Of a stretch of DNA of 64,000 nucleotides, positions 44,781 through 56,361 are shown piece after piece (the stretch's first letter is position 1; each line of letters begins with the position of its first letter). The notes under the pieces are model-generated. The model did not search any database and was not told the DNA's origin. It saw nothing but the letters and a program-made list of their open reading frames with translations. A program made the position numbers and the translations under genes. Source of the stretch: Selaginella moellendorffii (taxonomy: Eukaryota > Plantae > Lycopodiophyta); the NCBI RefSeq assembly GCF_000143415.4, contig NW_003314318.1, positions 806,001 to 870,000 on the forward strand, written 5' to 3'.

Positions 44781-47700
44781 AGAACGAGTGGAACGAGGAT
44801 GTGAACGAGAACGAAGAGGAGGATGAGATGAGCGGCGAGGGATGGGAGATGGAGATAAAGAATGAGGACTGGGACGAGAAGGATAGCGGCGGTGGAAGTC
44901 CTGAACAAGGTCAGGAGAATGAATCAGGTTGTCCGCAGGTTCCCAAGTGCGTTCCTCAGGTCCGTAACCCTTCCAGTCCACCAGATAGTAGAGTTTAGAC
45001 CGTGAAATCTTGGAATCAAGGATGTCCTGAACCTCGTACTCAGACCCATCCTCGAGCTGCACTGGTGGAGGCGGAGGAATGACCCGATTTGGAATAGGAC
45101 TGGGAATATAAGGCTCAAGGAGAGAGGAGTGAAAAACGGGGTGAATTTGATATGAGGAGGGAAGTGCAAAGCGATAAGTGACAAGATTAATGATGGCAGT
45201 GATAGGGAAAGGACCAAGGCGTTTGAAATCGAGTTTTGGACAGGGCCTGGTGGTGGAGATATTTCATCTGAGGAGCCAGACTTTATCCCCGATATTGTAA
45301 GAGGGACAATCCTGACGATGGACATTGGCAAATGTTTTATGAGATTCCTGAGCACGATGGAGGTGGAAGGAGATGGAGTTGTGGATTTCCTGGAGGTTGG
45401 AGATAAATGCCTCAGAGCGGGGATTTGAACGAGAGGATTCAGATGGAGAAGGAAGTGAGAGATTGAATCGGGGATTTCGGCCAGAGTTCGCAAAGAAGGG
45501 GGAAACTCGAAGAGAGGAGTGAACAGAGTTGTTATAGGAGAACTCAGCAAGGGGAAGGATATCGAACCAGTTATCCTGATGATAGTTGATGAAGCACCTC
45601 AAGAATTGTTCCAACGTCTGAATCGTTCGCTCAGACTGCCCATCAATTTGAGGATGATATGCCGAAGAGAGGTTGGCCTTCACTCCAAGCAGCTGCAAAA
45701 ACTGTTGCCAGAAATGAGAGATGAACTGAGGCCCCCGATCCGAAACCACATCTGTAGGAATCCCATGAAGTCGAAAAATTTCCCTGAATACCAGTTTTGC
45801 CATGTCCTCGCCCGAAAACTCCTTGGTACATGGCAAGAAGTGCGCCATCTTTGTGAAGCGATCCACCACGACTAAAATGCTGTTGAAGCCTCCAGAACTC
45901 GGAAGATCACTCAAGAAATCCATGGAGATGGATTCCCAAGGACCTGAAGGGACCGGAAGGGAACGAAGCAAACCTGAAGGAAGGTGGCGAGGTACCTTAT
46001 TCCGAGCACAAGTGTCACAGGAGGTAACAAAAGCTTTGATGTAGTCATCCATGTGAGGCCACCAAAAGTCCCGTGCAACTAGCTCATAGGTTTTCGCAAT
46101 GCCGAAGTGACCAACAGTCGGGCTATCATGGCACGCCATCAGGACCAACCTTCGAGCATCACCTTTAGGAACGTAAAGCTGCTCCCCACGGTACAATAAG
46201 CCATCTAAGAACTCGAACTCGTCAAATCGCCGGCAGTCGGGAGTCACTGGGTGTCCAGCCTGAAGATGGGGGAAAATGTCGCTAGCGAGATCATCGGATT
46301 GAAGATCGTTTCTGATTGCATCCATCAAGGAGGAGTCCTGAGGGGCCAGGGAAATTGCCATAACTTGAAGCTGATCAAGACCGAGGATAACTTGATCCTG
46401 TTGATCGAAAGCAGGATTACCAGGCCTGAGACTGAGATAGGAGCGCCTTGAAAGAGCATCAGGAAGGCCTTGAAACTTTCCAGGTCTGTACTTGATAACA
46501 AAGTCAAACCGACTCAGGAATTGTGCCCACCTTGCTTGACGACGGCTTAAAACTCGGGAAGTGGCAAAGTACTCGAGATTTTTGTGATCCATCCAGACTG
46601 TTGTTTGATGGCTTGCCCCCTCCAAGAAACAGCGCCACTCTCCAAAGGAATCCACGATGGCAAGGAGCTCCTTGTCGTGGATTTCGTAATTGATCTCCGC
46701 AGGCTGGAATTTCCGAGAATGGAAAGCGACCGGATGAAGTTCGTGATCCGCTCCGAGTTGAGACAGCACAGCACCAATGGCAAAGTCGGAGGTGTCAGCC
46801 TCAATGAAGAAAGGTTGTGAGGAATCAGCATGGATCAAGACAGGAGCAGAACTGAAGGCCGCCTTGAGTGTGTCGAAGGCTTGCTGGGCAGCAGCAGACC
46901 AAGAGAAGGGAACATCCTTGCGAGTGAGATGTGTGAGAGGAAGGACAATGTCAGAGTAGTGATCAATGAATTTGCGGTAGAAGTTGGCGAAGCCAAGGAA
47001 AACCTGAACGTCCGACATTGATTGTGGAGGCTCCCATTCGAGAATAGTCTTGACTTTGGCAGGATCCATCGTGATACCCTCAGGAGTGACAATGTACCCA
47101 AGGAACTCCACAGACTGCTGATCAAAGGAACATTTCTCAAGCTTCGCGTATCGCGTATAGGCCGTGTTCTCGCAGCTTCGCTAGCACTTTGCATACATGT
47201 TCGTCATGCTCCTCCTGAGTTTTTGAGTAGATGAGGATGTCATCGAGGTAGACGATCACCATCTGATCAAGAAACTCCCGAAAGACGTCGTTTGCCATGT
47301 GTTGGAAAACTGCTAGAGCATTTGTCAAGCCAAATGGCATGACAGTGTACTCGAAGTGGCCATAGCGGGTTCGGAACGCAGTCTTCTATTCATCACCAGG
47401 CCGGATCCGGATCAGGTTGTATGCGCCACGGAGGTCAATCTTGGTGAAGAAGTGGGCACCGCCGAGGCGTTCCAACAGGTCCGAGATCAGGGGCAGCGGA
47501 TAACGGTTCCGAACAGTCACCTTGTTCAAACCTCGGTAATCAATGACCAGCCGCAAGCTCCTATCCTTCTTCTTGACAAAGAAGACAGGCACTCCAGCTG
47601 GGGACTGCGAATGCTGAATGAACCCCGAGGCAAGGTTCTCATCCACGTACTCTTTGAGGGCTTTAAGCTCGGACGGAGATAACCCGTAGATAGGCCCCCA

Positions 47701-48558
47701 CGGAGGTGACGCTCCTTCCTGTAAATCAATGGGACAGTCATAAGGCCGATGAGCAGGCAATACACTAGCTTTTTTCTTGTCAAACACATCCCCAAAATCA
47801 TGATACTTCTCAGGAAGACTGACAGGAAAAACATGCGAAGCAAAAAGGAAAATAGGTTCTTCATGAAGGAGTTCTTTCATAGTGATTGTGGAGATAGGAG
47901 GAAGTGTACGACTAAATGGAATGATGAGACGAGGATACTGTCCAGGGTAAGATGGAAGAGAGGAAAAAGAAGAGGGTGAAAACTTCGTAGAGTCAGGAAC
48001 AGAACCCCGATTTGAGTTTAGGGAACTTTTCCTGATTCGAACTTGATGAACAGCAAGGGAAGCCATGGGTGATGGTGATGTGGGAGAGATGAGCTGTAAG
48101 TCCTTCCAACAAATCTGAGGCTGATGTAGTTGGAACCAAGGAAGACCGAGCACCACAGAGGAGGACTTGCTGTTGATGATGTTGAAGGCGATATCGGTGA
48201 CGGTGGACCCGATGTGTACTCGAACGGGCAACGTTTCCCTAAGTCCAGAAGATGGAGACACAAAATGCCCGCCGATGCCTTCAACCCTCAGATCCCGTAT
48301 GGTAGGAGAAAGAGGAACGTGATGTCGGGCAGCAAAGTCCGTGTCCATGAAGCAGGAAGTTGCACCCTAGTCCAGTAGCGCCAAAGCCTTGAGTCCTGAT
48401 TGTCCGGTGAAAGAAAGGAGACATGGGACGCGGAAGTTGCGGGAATTGGTGGTGGCTTTGATGAAAGGTGGTGAGGAGCTTGATAAGGAAGAAAAGTGAT
48501 TTTTATTCGGGGAGTCCAAACAGACAGCTCCTACTCTGTTTGGACAGGGTCGTTTCCC
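44778..48558 (-). pseudogene. pol polyprotein (protease, RT, RNase H, integrase, chromodomain), disrupted
   Basis: Protease ALLD*GATSCF (stop in the DSG motif, 48367), [13 protein letters not shown] / KIDLRGAY / [10 protein letters not shown], RNase H EADTSDFAIGAVL, integrase HHCC and DDE (SMDFL, VSDRG, GQSER), chromodomain EYEVQDILDSK..YYLVDWKGYGPEERTWEP. Further stops at 47386 and 45264 and a 7-bp duplication frameshift near 47150. Confidence 0.95.
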
Positions 48559-49502
48559 GATTGCAACAGAGGTGGACTTTGAGGCAGAGTGAACTCGAGC
48601 AGTCGGGGAGGCTTCTTGGGACACACAGCTGCTTTGTGATTAGGATCAACACAGTAGAGGCAAAGATTATGAGATATTCGACGTTGCTTCTCAGCAGGAC
48701 TCAACTTCCCTCTAATGAGTCGGGGAGTACCAGAAATATCCATCGGGACCGGAGCAGTAGGTTCAGGACTATGCCCCAAAGACTCAAGCTGGGATTCCTG
48801 AGTCTGGGACGGAAAAACAGCGGCGCGGCGACTTTCCTGACGACGTTCAAAGAGACGATTGTCACATCGAACAGCTTTGTTGATGGCGTCCGACAAATCC
48901 TTGGGATCCTCCATGGTGAGCAACAAATCCTTGACACCGTTGTTGAGGCCGAAACGAAATTGGTCAATCAGGGCCCGTTCATCCCACTGAGTGTCCAAGG
49001 CAAGGAGTTGGAACTCTGCAGCGTAGATCGAGGCAGGACGAAACCCCTGAGAGAGACGTCTCATCTTTGTGGTAGCAGCCCGAACCCGATCCGTCTCGCC
49101 AAAACATGCTTCGAGCTTCTCTTTGAACAATTGAAGATCCATCAGCTCCGGAACCACGACCCCTTTCATGCTTTTCTCCAGAAGAGGAGAAAACCATGAC
49201 AAAGCTGCACCCTCGAGCAACGTCCCAATCGCGCCGATTTGAGACTCAGGAGTGGGGTACCGCCGATGTTGAAGTGCAAAGATCAGCTCCATTTGGTTCA
49301 AAAATCCATGAAGCTCCGAACACTTGCCTGAAAATTTCGCCGGGAAACTCACCTTCGGTTCAGGAACTTTGCTGGATCCTTGAGCCGAAAGTGAAGCAAG
49401 CTCCTGCTGCATGCGAAGAAGGGTCGCCTTCAGCTCGGTATTCTCTGACTGGATTTTTGCAAGGACTTCGGCAAAGAAATCAGGATGGCTTGGAGACTCC
49501 AT
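48531..49502 (-). CDS. Gag protein of the chromovirus
   Basis: Open frame from ATG 49502 (MESPSHPDFF): PAKFSG, LLEGAALSWF, LSQGFRPASIYAAEF, QFRFGL, PVPMDIS, and CCHC knuckle CLYCVDPNHKAAVC. Confidence 0.9.
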   Translation of the reverse strand: MESPSHPDFFAEVLAKIQSENTELKATLLRMQQELASLSAQGSSKVPEPKVSFPAKFSGKCSELHGFLNQMELIFALQHRRYPTPESQIGAIGTLLEGAALSWFSPLLEKSMKGVVVPELMDLQLFKEKLEACFGETDRVRAATTKMRRLSQGFRPASIYAAEFQLLALDTQWDERALIDQFRFGLNNGVKDLLLTMEDPKDLSDAINKAVRCDNRLFERRQESRRAAVFPSQTQESQLESLGHSPEPTAPVPMDISGTPRLIRGKLSPAEKQRRISHNLCLYCVDPNHKAAVCPKKPPRLLEFTLPQSPPLLQSGNDPVQTE

Positions 49503-49600
49503 TGGCAAGAAGAAAGAAAAGAAAGGGGGGAAAAAGACAAAGGCAATCAAATAATCAAAACGAGCTAAAAGAAAAGCAAAAAGCACAATCTGAATCAAAC

Positions 49601-49977
49601 TGTCAAGACCCCCAACAAGATCAAGACTAGAAAATGCTAAAGACAAAGAGAAAAGCTAGTGGAAACAAAGAAGAGGCCTTAGACTGGCGTTGATTCAGAT
49701 TGTGGAGAAATGGAACAAAGCTAACCTATATATACTATAGGTTGATGAAGCTCCACCACTCTTGGATCGAGGACGGCCTAAATATAGCTAAGGTCGAGGA
49801 GGCGCCACATCATCATCAGGAATATGGCTCGAGACTCAGGAATCGGGAAGTGTCTCGAGAGTTAGGAATAGGGAAGTGTCTCGAGAGTCAGGAATAGGGA
49901 AGTGTCTCGAGAGTCAGGAATGGGTCAGGAATCCGGCGAGAGTCAGGAATGTGGCAAGAATTGGGGGATTCCTGACA
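49601..49977 (-). repeat. 5' LTR (377 bp) with TATA box at about 49727-49734
   Basis: Direct repeat of 44381-44766, with TATATATAG on the minus strand. Confidence 0.96.
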
Positions 49978-51699
49978 ACTACTATTGTAAAGTAGTATGT
50001 TTTCTTGACTTCCCAACTAGTGACATGTGCTCTAAAGCAGTCTGATTGAGTGGGCATGTGGCTGCTTTCTTGCATTCCTCAACTTCAAACTTCCATGGTT
50101 TGGTCTAATGGACAACATATCTAATATACTTGTATTCTATTTGTTGGCCTTTGTAATGAAAAGTCACCTCTTAGTTGGAGCCAAAGACCATGATCTTGGT
50201 TTTACTAAGGTTGAGTTGGAGTTCATTCTCCATGCAAAACATTAATTTGGTCTTGTAGCTACTATTGTGTCTAAGTAGTAGATAGAAGAACACACAATCA
50301 TTGAGTCTAGGAGGATCAATGATGCAATTAAGATATTTCAAAAAATCCCTTTCAGTCCTTGCCAATTGGATGGTAGAGAGTTCTTACTATACCAAAAGTT
50401 GTTTGTGTCCATCAATGAATAGTCCAAAAAGCATGAGGGGATAACAAGCATCCTTGCTAGACTTCAATATCTTGCTTCTAAAGTTTACGTAAAAGAGTTA
50501 GATGATGTAAATGAGTTTTGGTGGTGCTTATAGTTTTATTAGCCTCTGGAATAGTTTTGCATATGGTATTGTGCCAAATGCCTTTGCAATCTTTACGTAA
50601 CAACTATAATTTGACTATGTTGTGCCCTAGTGTGATGGTTCAATAATTCCTAGAAGAACCCATGGAATCAATAGTGGAGTTCAAGAAAGTAGCCAAGGAA
50701 TTCAAAAAGACAATCATGAAGTTTAATTAGCTTTATGGCATCTATAGACCGATTAAATTGCAAAATGAGTTATTGTTGAGCATGCATTACAAAGCACAAA
50801 AATTTTAAACTTTAAATCCAAGAGAGGCTAAAAAGAGTTTACTAAGACAGATAATAAGTTTATGAATTCATCAAATTTAATTATTTAAATTTAAGTTTAT
50901 GAATTCACCAAAGTAAAAAAGTAAAAAAATGATAATACCAGGCTAATAATTTAAATTTAAACTTAAAACTAAATGAATAAAATTAAATTTAATTAAGTAA
51001 AAAAGTAAAAAAATGACAAAGGTATAAGGGCCCTTTTATCAAACCCATGGAACCTTAGTAAATAGCGGTTGCACTAGTAGTAAATGGCGTCATTCTGGAT
51101 TTTGCAATCCTGAAGGAGCAACTAAAACCTTATAGAATTCTCTTCATAATTGACCCCAAAACCAATGTATGCTATTTATGGAATTAAAGGAACCCAATAA
51201 ACAATACATAAACTTCTCCCATGAGAATTTTTTCTTTTCAATGGATAAATGCAACCAATTATGCAAGGTTTATATGGTATATTAAAAGCATTAGTTGAAG
51301 ATTGTCTTTAGGTTGTATGGCATAAATTTGAAGGGTAAAGTTTGACCTTCAATTAAAAAATAATTTTTTTATCTACCTTTCATCTAAAAAAGGCTAAATT
51401 TTTTTTCTCATTGATAAAAAGAAAAATTATAGTGAAAGGTTAATTACATGAATGTTTTTCTTTCTTTGCATTCTAAATTTAGAATGCTTACACCAATTCA
51501 CATCATCTTGATTATAAACATTCATGAATATCATCATCAATGCCTCCAACATCTCCAAAGTAAATCCACTCTTAGCTTTATTTTTTATGTTATTTTGTTC
51601 GAAAAATCCTTTTTTGCATGGAATAGTATTAGTTGGAATTGTTATACAAAGTTGTTATAATTTTATAAGATCTAAAAATACAAAAGTTAAAACTAAACT

Positions 51700-53770
51700 T
51701 GAATAAATTTTTTTTCTTACTTAAAAATATATTCCACCAAATTTTTCATCTCTATAGTCACGCTAAGTATCATTCATGATTTTTTCTTTAGTTGATTTCA
51801 ACATTCTAGTAAAATCATTTAACTCTTGCATAGCTTTCATGTTAATGATAGTTTGATTACAATTGATCTTGTTAAGAAGTCTCTTTAGCTTAAGTTGAGT
51901 TTTTTTTCTCTTCTCTATTAAATCATCTAAAATTGAACAAAGATGAAAAGTCTTTAAATTGTTGAAGAATGAGAGATTTTCAAAGCATCAATTAAAACCA
52001 TTAGCCACTTCTTAAATGTATTTCTTTGCAATACTTTTATAGTTTTTAAGTGATCCTCTTTGTATATTTAATATTGCATTCAACTCCAAAACTTTAATCT
52101 TACAAAGAATCTCTTTATAACTCAAAACATGAGAAATAATTTATCTATATACCTAGTACTCTAGCTTTCCAAATTTAACAGTAGATAAAAAACCAAATAA
52201 TAAAGTTTGAATCTATCCTGCAATCTACTAAATATCCCTTTGAAAAGTTTTAGATTATTAAATCTAAAAGCTGCCAATCATCACCAATAATGTTCTCTTG
52301 TGTTGGAACACTAGATTAAGTTTATTCAACTCTGTAAACACATCAGCTAGGAAGTGAATAAAAAACTATACCTATAATAAACATATAAAATTATTAAAAA
52401 ATGAACAGTTATAATAAAAAACAATTACAAACATACCTAAAAGATTCTCAAGATGTCATACCACTTGGGCAATTTATATTGCCAAAGCTAGAGAACCACC
52501 AACATAATTTCTACAAACCATTTCATAACTTGCCCTCATAACAGTCATTACACTTTATGAATTTGTAACAAAGCTAAGATCATAGCTTTCAAACAACAAT
52601 TGATAACAATTTGCACTCCTTCTCAACCAAGAATATACTTTATTTGGGATAGAATTTATAAACTTGAAAATCTCTTCATCCAATTTGAATTCATCCTTTA
52701 TTACTAATGCTTCTCTATATGCTATACAATATATACCAAGTAATCCTAGACTATTATTTCTGAAATATTGGACAACTCCTATAATAGACCCTAGCATAGT
52801 GTTACATCTATTTAAGTTTGTTTAAGTCCAAATTTAAACTATCTATTGCTTGAATTAAGCCATTGTAAATTAATTCAGTTGTATTATCTTGAAGAGGTAG
52901 CAATTGAATGAACTTTGTAATTTAAACACCCTTTTCTTTGTCTCTGAGATAGCTCACATAAAGAATTAAGTGTGTTTAAATCGATTATCTGTACTTTCAT
53001 CCAACATCAAGCTAAAAAAAATACTTCTTTGCAACTCTAAAAGAAATCCCTCTTTAACAACATCCCCAATTACTAAAACTATTTCCCTTCTTGAGATTGG
53101 ATTCATGTAAAAATTATATTCACCAACTTTGGAAATCTGAAACACTAACTTTCCTATAACTCTCACAAAGCCTCTCAAATCTGTGTAATGGTATGTTTAG
53201 AGTAGCATAAGTATAACTCACTTTCATAACCTTGTATGATTTTCCTTTCCTCCTGTGAAACCAAATTACTTATTGATGCTTCTATTCTCCTTTGTTTGTC
53301 TTTTTCAAATCATCATTTGTAATCTCTATCCCTTTTTGAAGCTACATGATCACTAAAATTATCATGATCTTTTAAACCTCCTAATTGAATAATAGTAGAT
53401 TTTACTATAGTAAAAACATTTTTTTCATAGCTTAATTCTCAAGTCCCATGTGTAAAAGAATTAAGAAAAGAAAAAGTTTAAATTTATTTTACTTTTGTCA
53501 TTAGTTTTATTAAAAGCCCAAGGATAACAAAGGGGTCCAATTGGTTGAAAATTTTTTGAGTGGCCATTGCTTTTTTTATGTATAATCTTCTTCCTCTTGT
53601 ATTTCCTGTACTAATGCTCTAACTACTTCCTCTTCCAAGGTTTTTTAGGCTTTCTTAAGCCAATTCAGCAATGGGCCACACTTTTTCCTAAGATCTATAA
53701 CTTAAATGCATCAATGTATAGTATGCATACCTTCTAGAACTGGATGAAGATTCTTACTGCCCATCCATTT
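51700..53770 (-). mobile_element. Degenerate hAT-family (ZNF862/ZBED-like) transposase relic
   Basis: LQRSIFFSLMLDESTD (first catalytic Asp context of hAT transposases) at about 52990-53040 and upstream KNVFTI..STIIQLGGLKDH zinc-finger-like remnant. Many stops, AT-rich. Confidence 0.65.
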
Positions 53771-54769
53771 TCTTCTCTGGAAAAATGTACCCTAAACAAG
53801 ACAACTATGGCTTGCAATCTAAATTTCAATCAATTGAGAGAAGATTCCTAGAGAAACATTGTATTTAATTTGGAATATTCATTTGTCCATTAAGAAAGAG
53901 AGAATATTCTGAAAGAATATTTTGTTTTATTGCCCTTGAAGCTATATGGAAGCACATCTTTCAGGTGAAAGAAATTTTGGCCCAATATTTAAAGGGCCTT
54001 TTGAAAAAACACATGTCTCAAAAAGGGCCACATCAATTTTTGCCCTGCTGGCAGCTGGGCTGCACACGACGACAACCACTGCAAGTGACATCTGCAGAAT
54101 ATGCCTAGACTCTTTAGCCAGTGGATGGTCTATTGTCAGTGTATTGTCCGATGGACAATTTCTAGTGATGTGCCGATGAACATTTACTAAACTATTACAA
54201 AAGCTTCTTTCTTTATAAACCAGAGAGTTTGACTCGAAAACAGAACCACGCCCCCATCCATATTTTCGAGCGTTTGCGAGCCATGAAGCAAGTGGCATAC
54301 CTCTCCTCAGCTGGGAGCTTGAAACCTCTTCCCCTTGCAATTGACTACCTCGATTTGATGCTGGACTAGTGCGTGATAAGCAAACGAAAGGTCCGAAATC
54401 TAGCGCGATCGCAAGCATCAGAAAACTAGAGATTCAGTGAAAAAGTAGGACAAACGAAGTCGTAGGCACAGGGATGCTTCTGCTTTGCTGCTGCCGCTGG
54501 AACCAAGATCAGCTAGAAAACCAACAAAAGCAGCCGAGAAGTGTAAAAAGACGCCTCAGCTCGTTCTTCTGGAGCAGCTTTTTCCTCCCCGCCCGTTGCT
54601 AGAGCTGGTTGTGTGTTTCAAGACTTCTTTCCTCCTCCATCACGTCAACTGGTTCGTCCATAACCCCAGAAGCGACAATTCTGCTGCGACTGGATGGATG
54701 GCGTCCCCACAGCTTCTCTTGCGCGAGCTGGAATCACTGTCCCAAAGAAAAATTAGTGTGATACCTTTG

Positions 54770-55230
54770 CGCTCGAACTGGAAGCAATCCCCGCACTTCA
54801 AGTGGAGTTGTGGATCCTGCAGTTACACACAAAGGTATGAAAAGACAAAGTTTTCCAGAGGTATTCTCATACTTTACCTCTGATTTGAACAGCTTGCTGA
54901 GCTTCGGCCGTCACCCGTCGCAGCTTCGGGAACCCAGCAGATGACCCCCTGCAACAAAAAAATCGGACAACTTTAGTACCGGGGAGATCAAGCAAAGGTG
55001 ACGAAGACAAACCTGATGGTCCAACACGAACTTTGTTGGTTTTTCTGTTTTCTCCCTAGCAGCTTCTCTCTGATCAGCGCTCAGCACGGCTGCCGTCGTG
55101 GAATCCAATGCCGCTGCAGAAGGGAGATTATTAAAGCGAAAACCTCACCTTTAAAGGCAGCATAGCGAAGCTTTTACTTGTTTCTGTTGATCACAGTATC
55201 AACTGCAGCCTTTACGTCCTCTGGAACATT
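54770..55230 (-). pseudogene. Spliced fragments resembling glutaminyl-tRNA synthetase
   Basis: Exon-like pieces EDVKAAVDTVINRNK, LRYA, GVICWVP, KLFKSE and GDCFQFERKG parallel recalled plant GlnRS segments (KGVLHWVA, KLFNSE, GDRFQFERLG). In-frame stop and frameshift; catalytic core absent. Confidence 0.5.
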
Positions 55231-56049
55231 GTGGATGAGAAGGGAAAAAGATAAACAAACTGCCCTCTCAAACTTCGGGATCGCGGCTTACGGCACTGAT
55301 GTACTGGAAACATGTACCAAACGAACAACCTTTCCAGACGTGATGACAATGGACAGGTGTGTATCTTGCGGCATCCTGGCTAGAGAGAAAAGTCGAAGAT
55401 CTTACCGAGCAAATACCGTACCATATGCAGAAGCTTGCCAAACCGTTCTCCACCCCGGCCTACAAAGAGAGGTTGGAAAACACACAGAGAGCAAGGGGGC
55501 TCACCTCTTGGATGACGGCAACGCGCAAAATCAAATTTTGCGAGTGGAAAGAAATTTCTCTGGGAGAATGATCGTCATTCATTATTCAATGACTTAGATC
55601 CAATTAGAGGCAAGATCCTCCTCTCAACCTGGTCATTCTGGACTCTCTGGCGAGCGAACGCTAAATCATTATCTAGGATAGAGCCTGATTTACCTCGATA
55701 CTCTGGAGGATGCTCCCTGCTACACAAGAGATCCGAATCATCAAATCCACAGCGCCCATAGCTAACCACCTGGAGCAAATAGTGCCAAATACATTTCCAT
55801 GGCTGTACAATTCCCACAGCTCCTTCTTCTTCCTGTCAATCTCTTCCAACTCCTCTTGAGATTTAACCTGTTTAGGCCTACAATCCTTATGTCGACGGTA
55901 ATCCACCTCTATCCAGTCAGGTTTCACGCCTGTCCTTGAGAATTCCATGACTGCTTTAAGCAACTCCACGGCCGCTTCCACCTCCTCCATAGCTTTTCCC
56001 TGCCCTAGAAAACTGCTGTTATATAAATGACAAGTAAAAAGGATATCTC

Positions 56050-56350
56050 GGGAATATCTGATTTCGGGTGTATCGGTGCATACAAAAACCCAGCAACAGT
56101 CGAGGAGATCCACGAGACCAAACACGTATAGTTTGAGCTCGAGCTCAAGTCATCCCTATCTCCAGAAACTTTAGCTTGATCTTGGTAGAGAAATTGGCAT
56201 TGATCTCCATTCCAGCTTCTTTCTCGGCTTGAGTAGCACAGGCCTTGATACCAGCAACAAAACTTCAATCGTCTGGCTTCTATAGCCTTCATCCTGTCAA
56301 AAAGTTCCAGTCCCAGCTCTTCCTCCCGATTCTCCACACAGCCATTTAAG
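56050..56350 (-). pseudogene. Degenerate PPR fragment
   Basis: LLNGCVENREEELGLELFDRMK resembles a P-type motif of PLS PPRs; frameshifted. Confidence 0.4.
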
Positions 56351-56361
56351 AGATGACGACA

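Larger units (their letters stand above)
44381..49977 (-). mobile_element. Full-length Ty3/Gypsy chromovirus LTR retrotransposon (Tf1/sushi- or Tcn1-like), defective
   Basis: LTRs 44381-44766 and 49601-49977 (TGTCA...TGACA), TSD ACTAC (44376-44380 and 49978-49982), PPT next to 44766, and gag-PR-RT-RH-IN-chromodomain order. Confidence 0.97.
42300..50680 (-). mobile_element. Decayed LINE (non-LTR) reverse-transcriptase relic, split by two LTR insertions (pieces about 50680-49978, 44380-44359 and 42648-42300)
   Basis: RT remnants AKAFGTIP..KLFQRL, QGCLLSP/LFGLFIDG and FCMENELQLNLSKTKIMVFG. After removing both insertions and their TSD duplicates the frame is continuous: SWEVKKTYYFTIVVL*GAEKE*DKMEMVQYSF. 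Confidence 0.75.

Noticed and set aside
48367-48369. TAG in the protease motif as programmed read-through
   Set aside because: It replaces the catalytic-motif Ser (likely TCG to TAG) and the element has other disabling mutations; the real gag-pol junction is the -1 frameshift.
54035-54047. Possible hAT terminal inverted repeat (minus strand CAGGGCAAAAATT)
   Set aside because: No convincing partner TIR or 8-bp TSD found on the other side.
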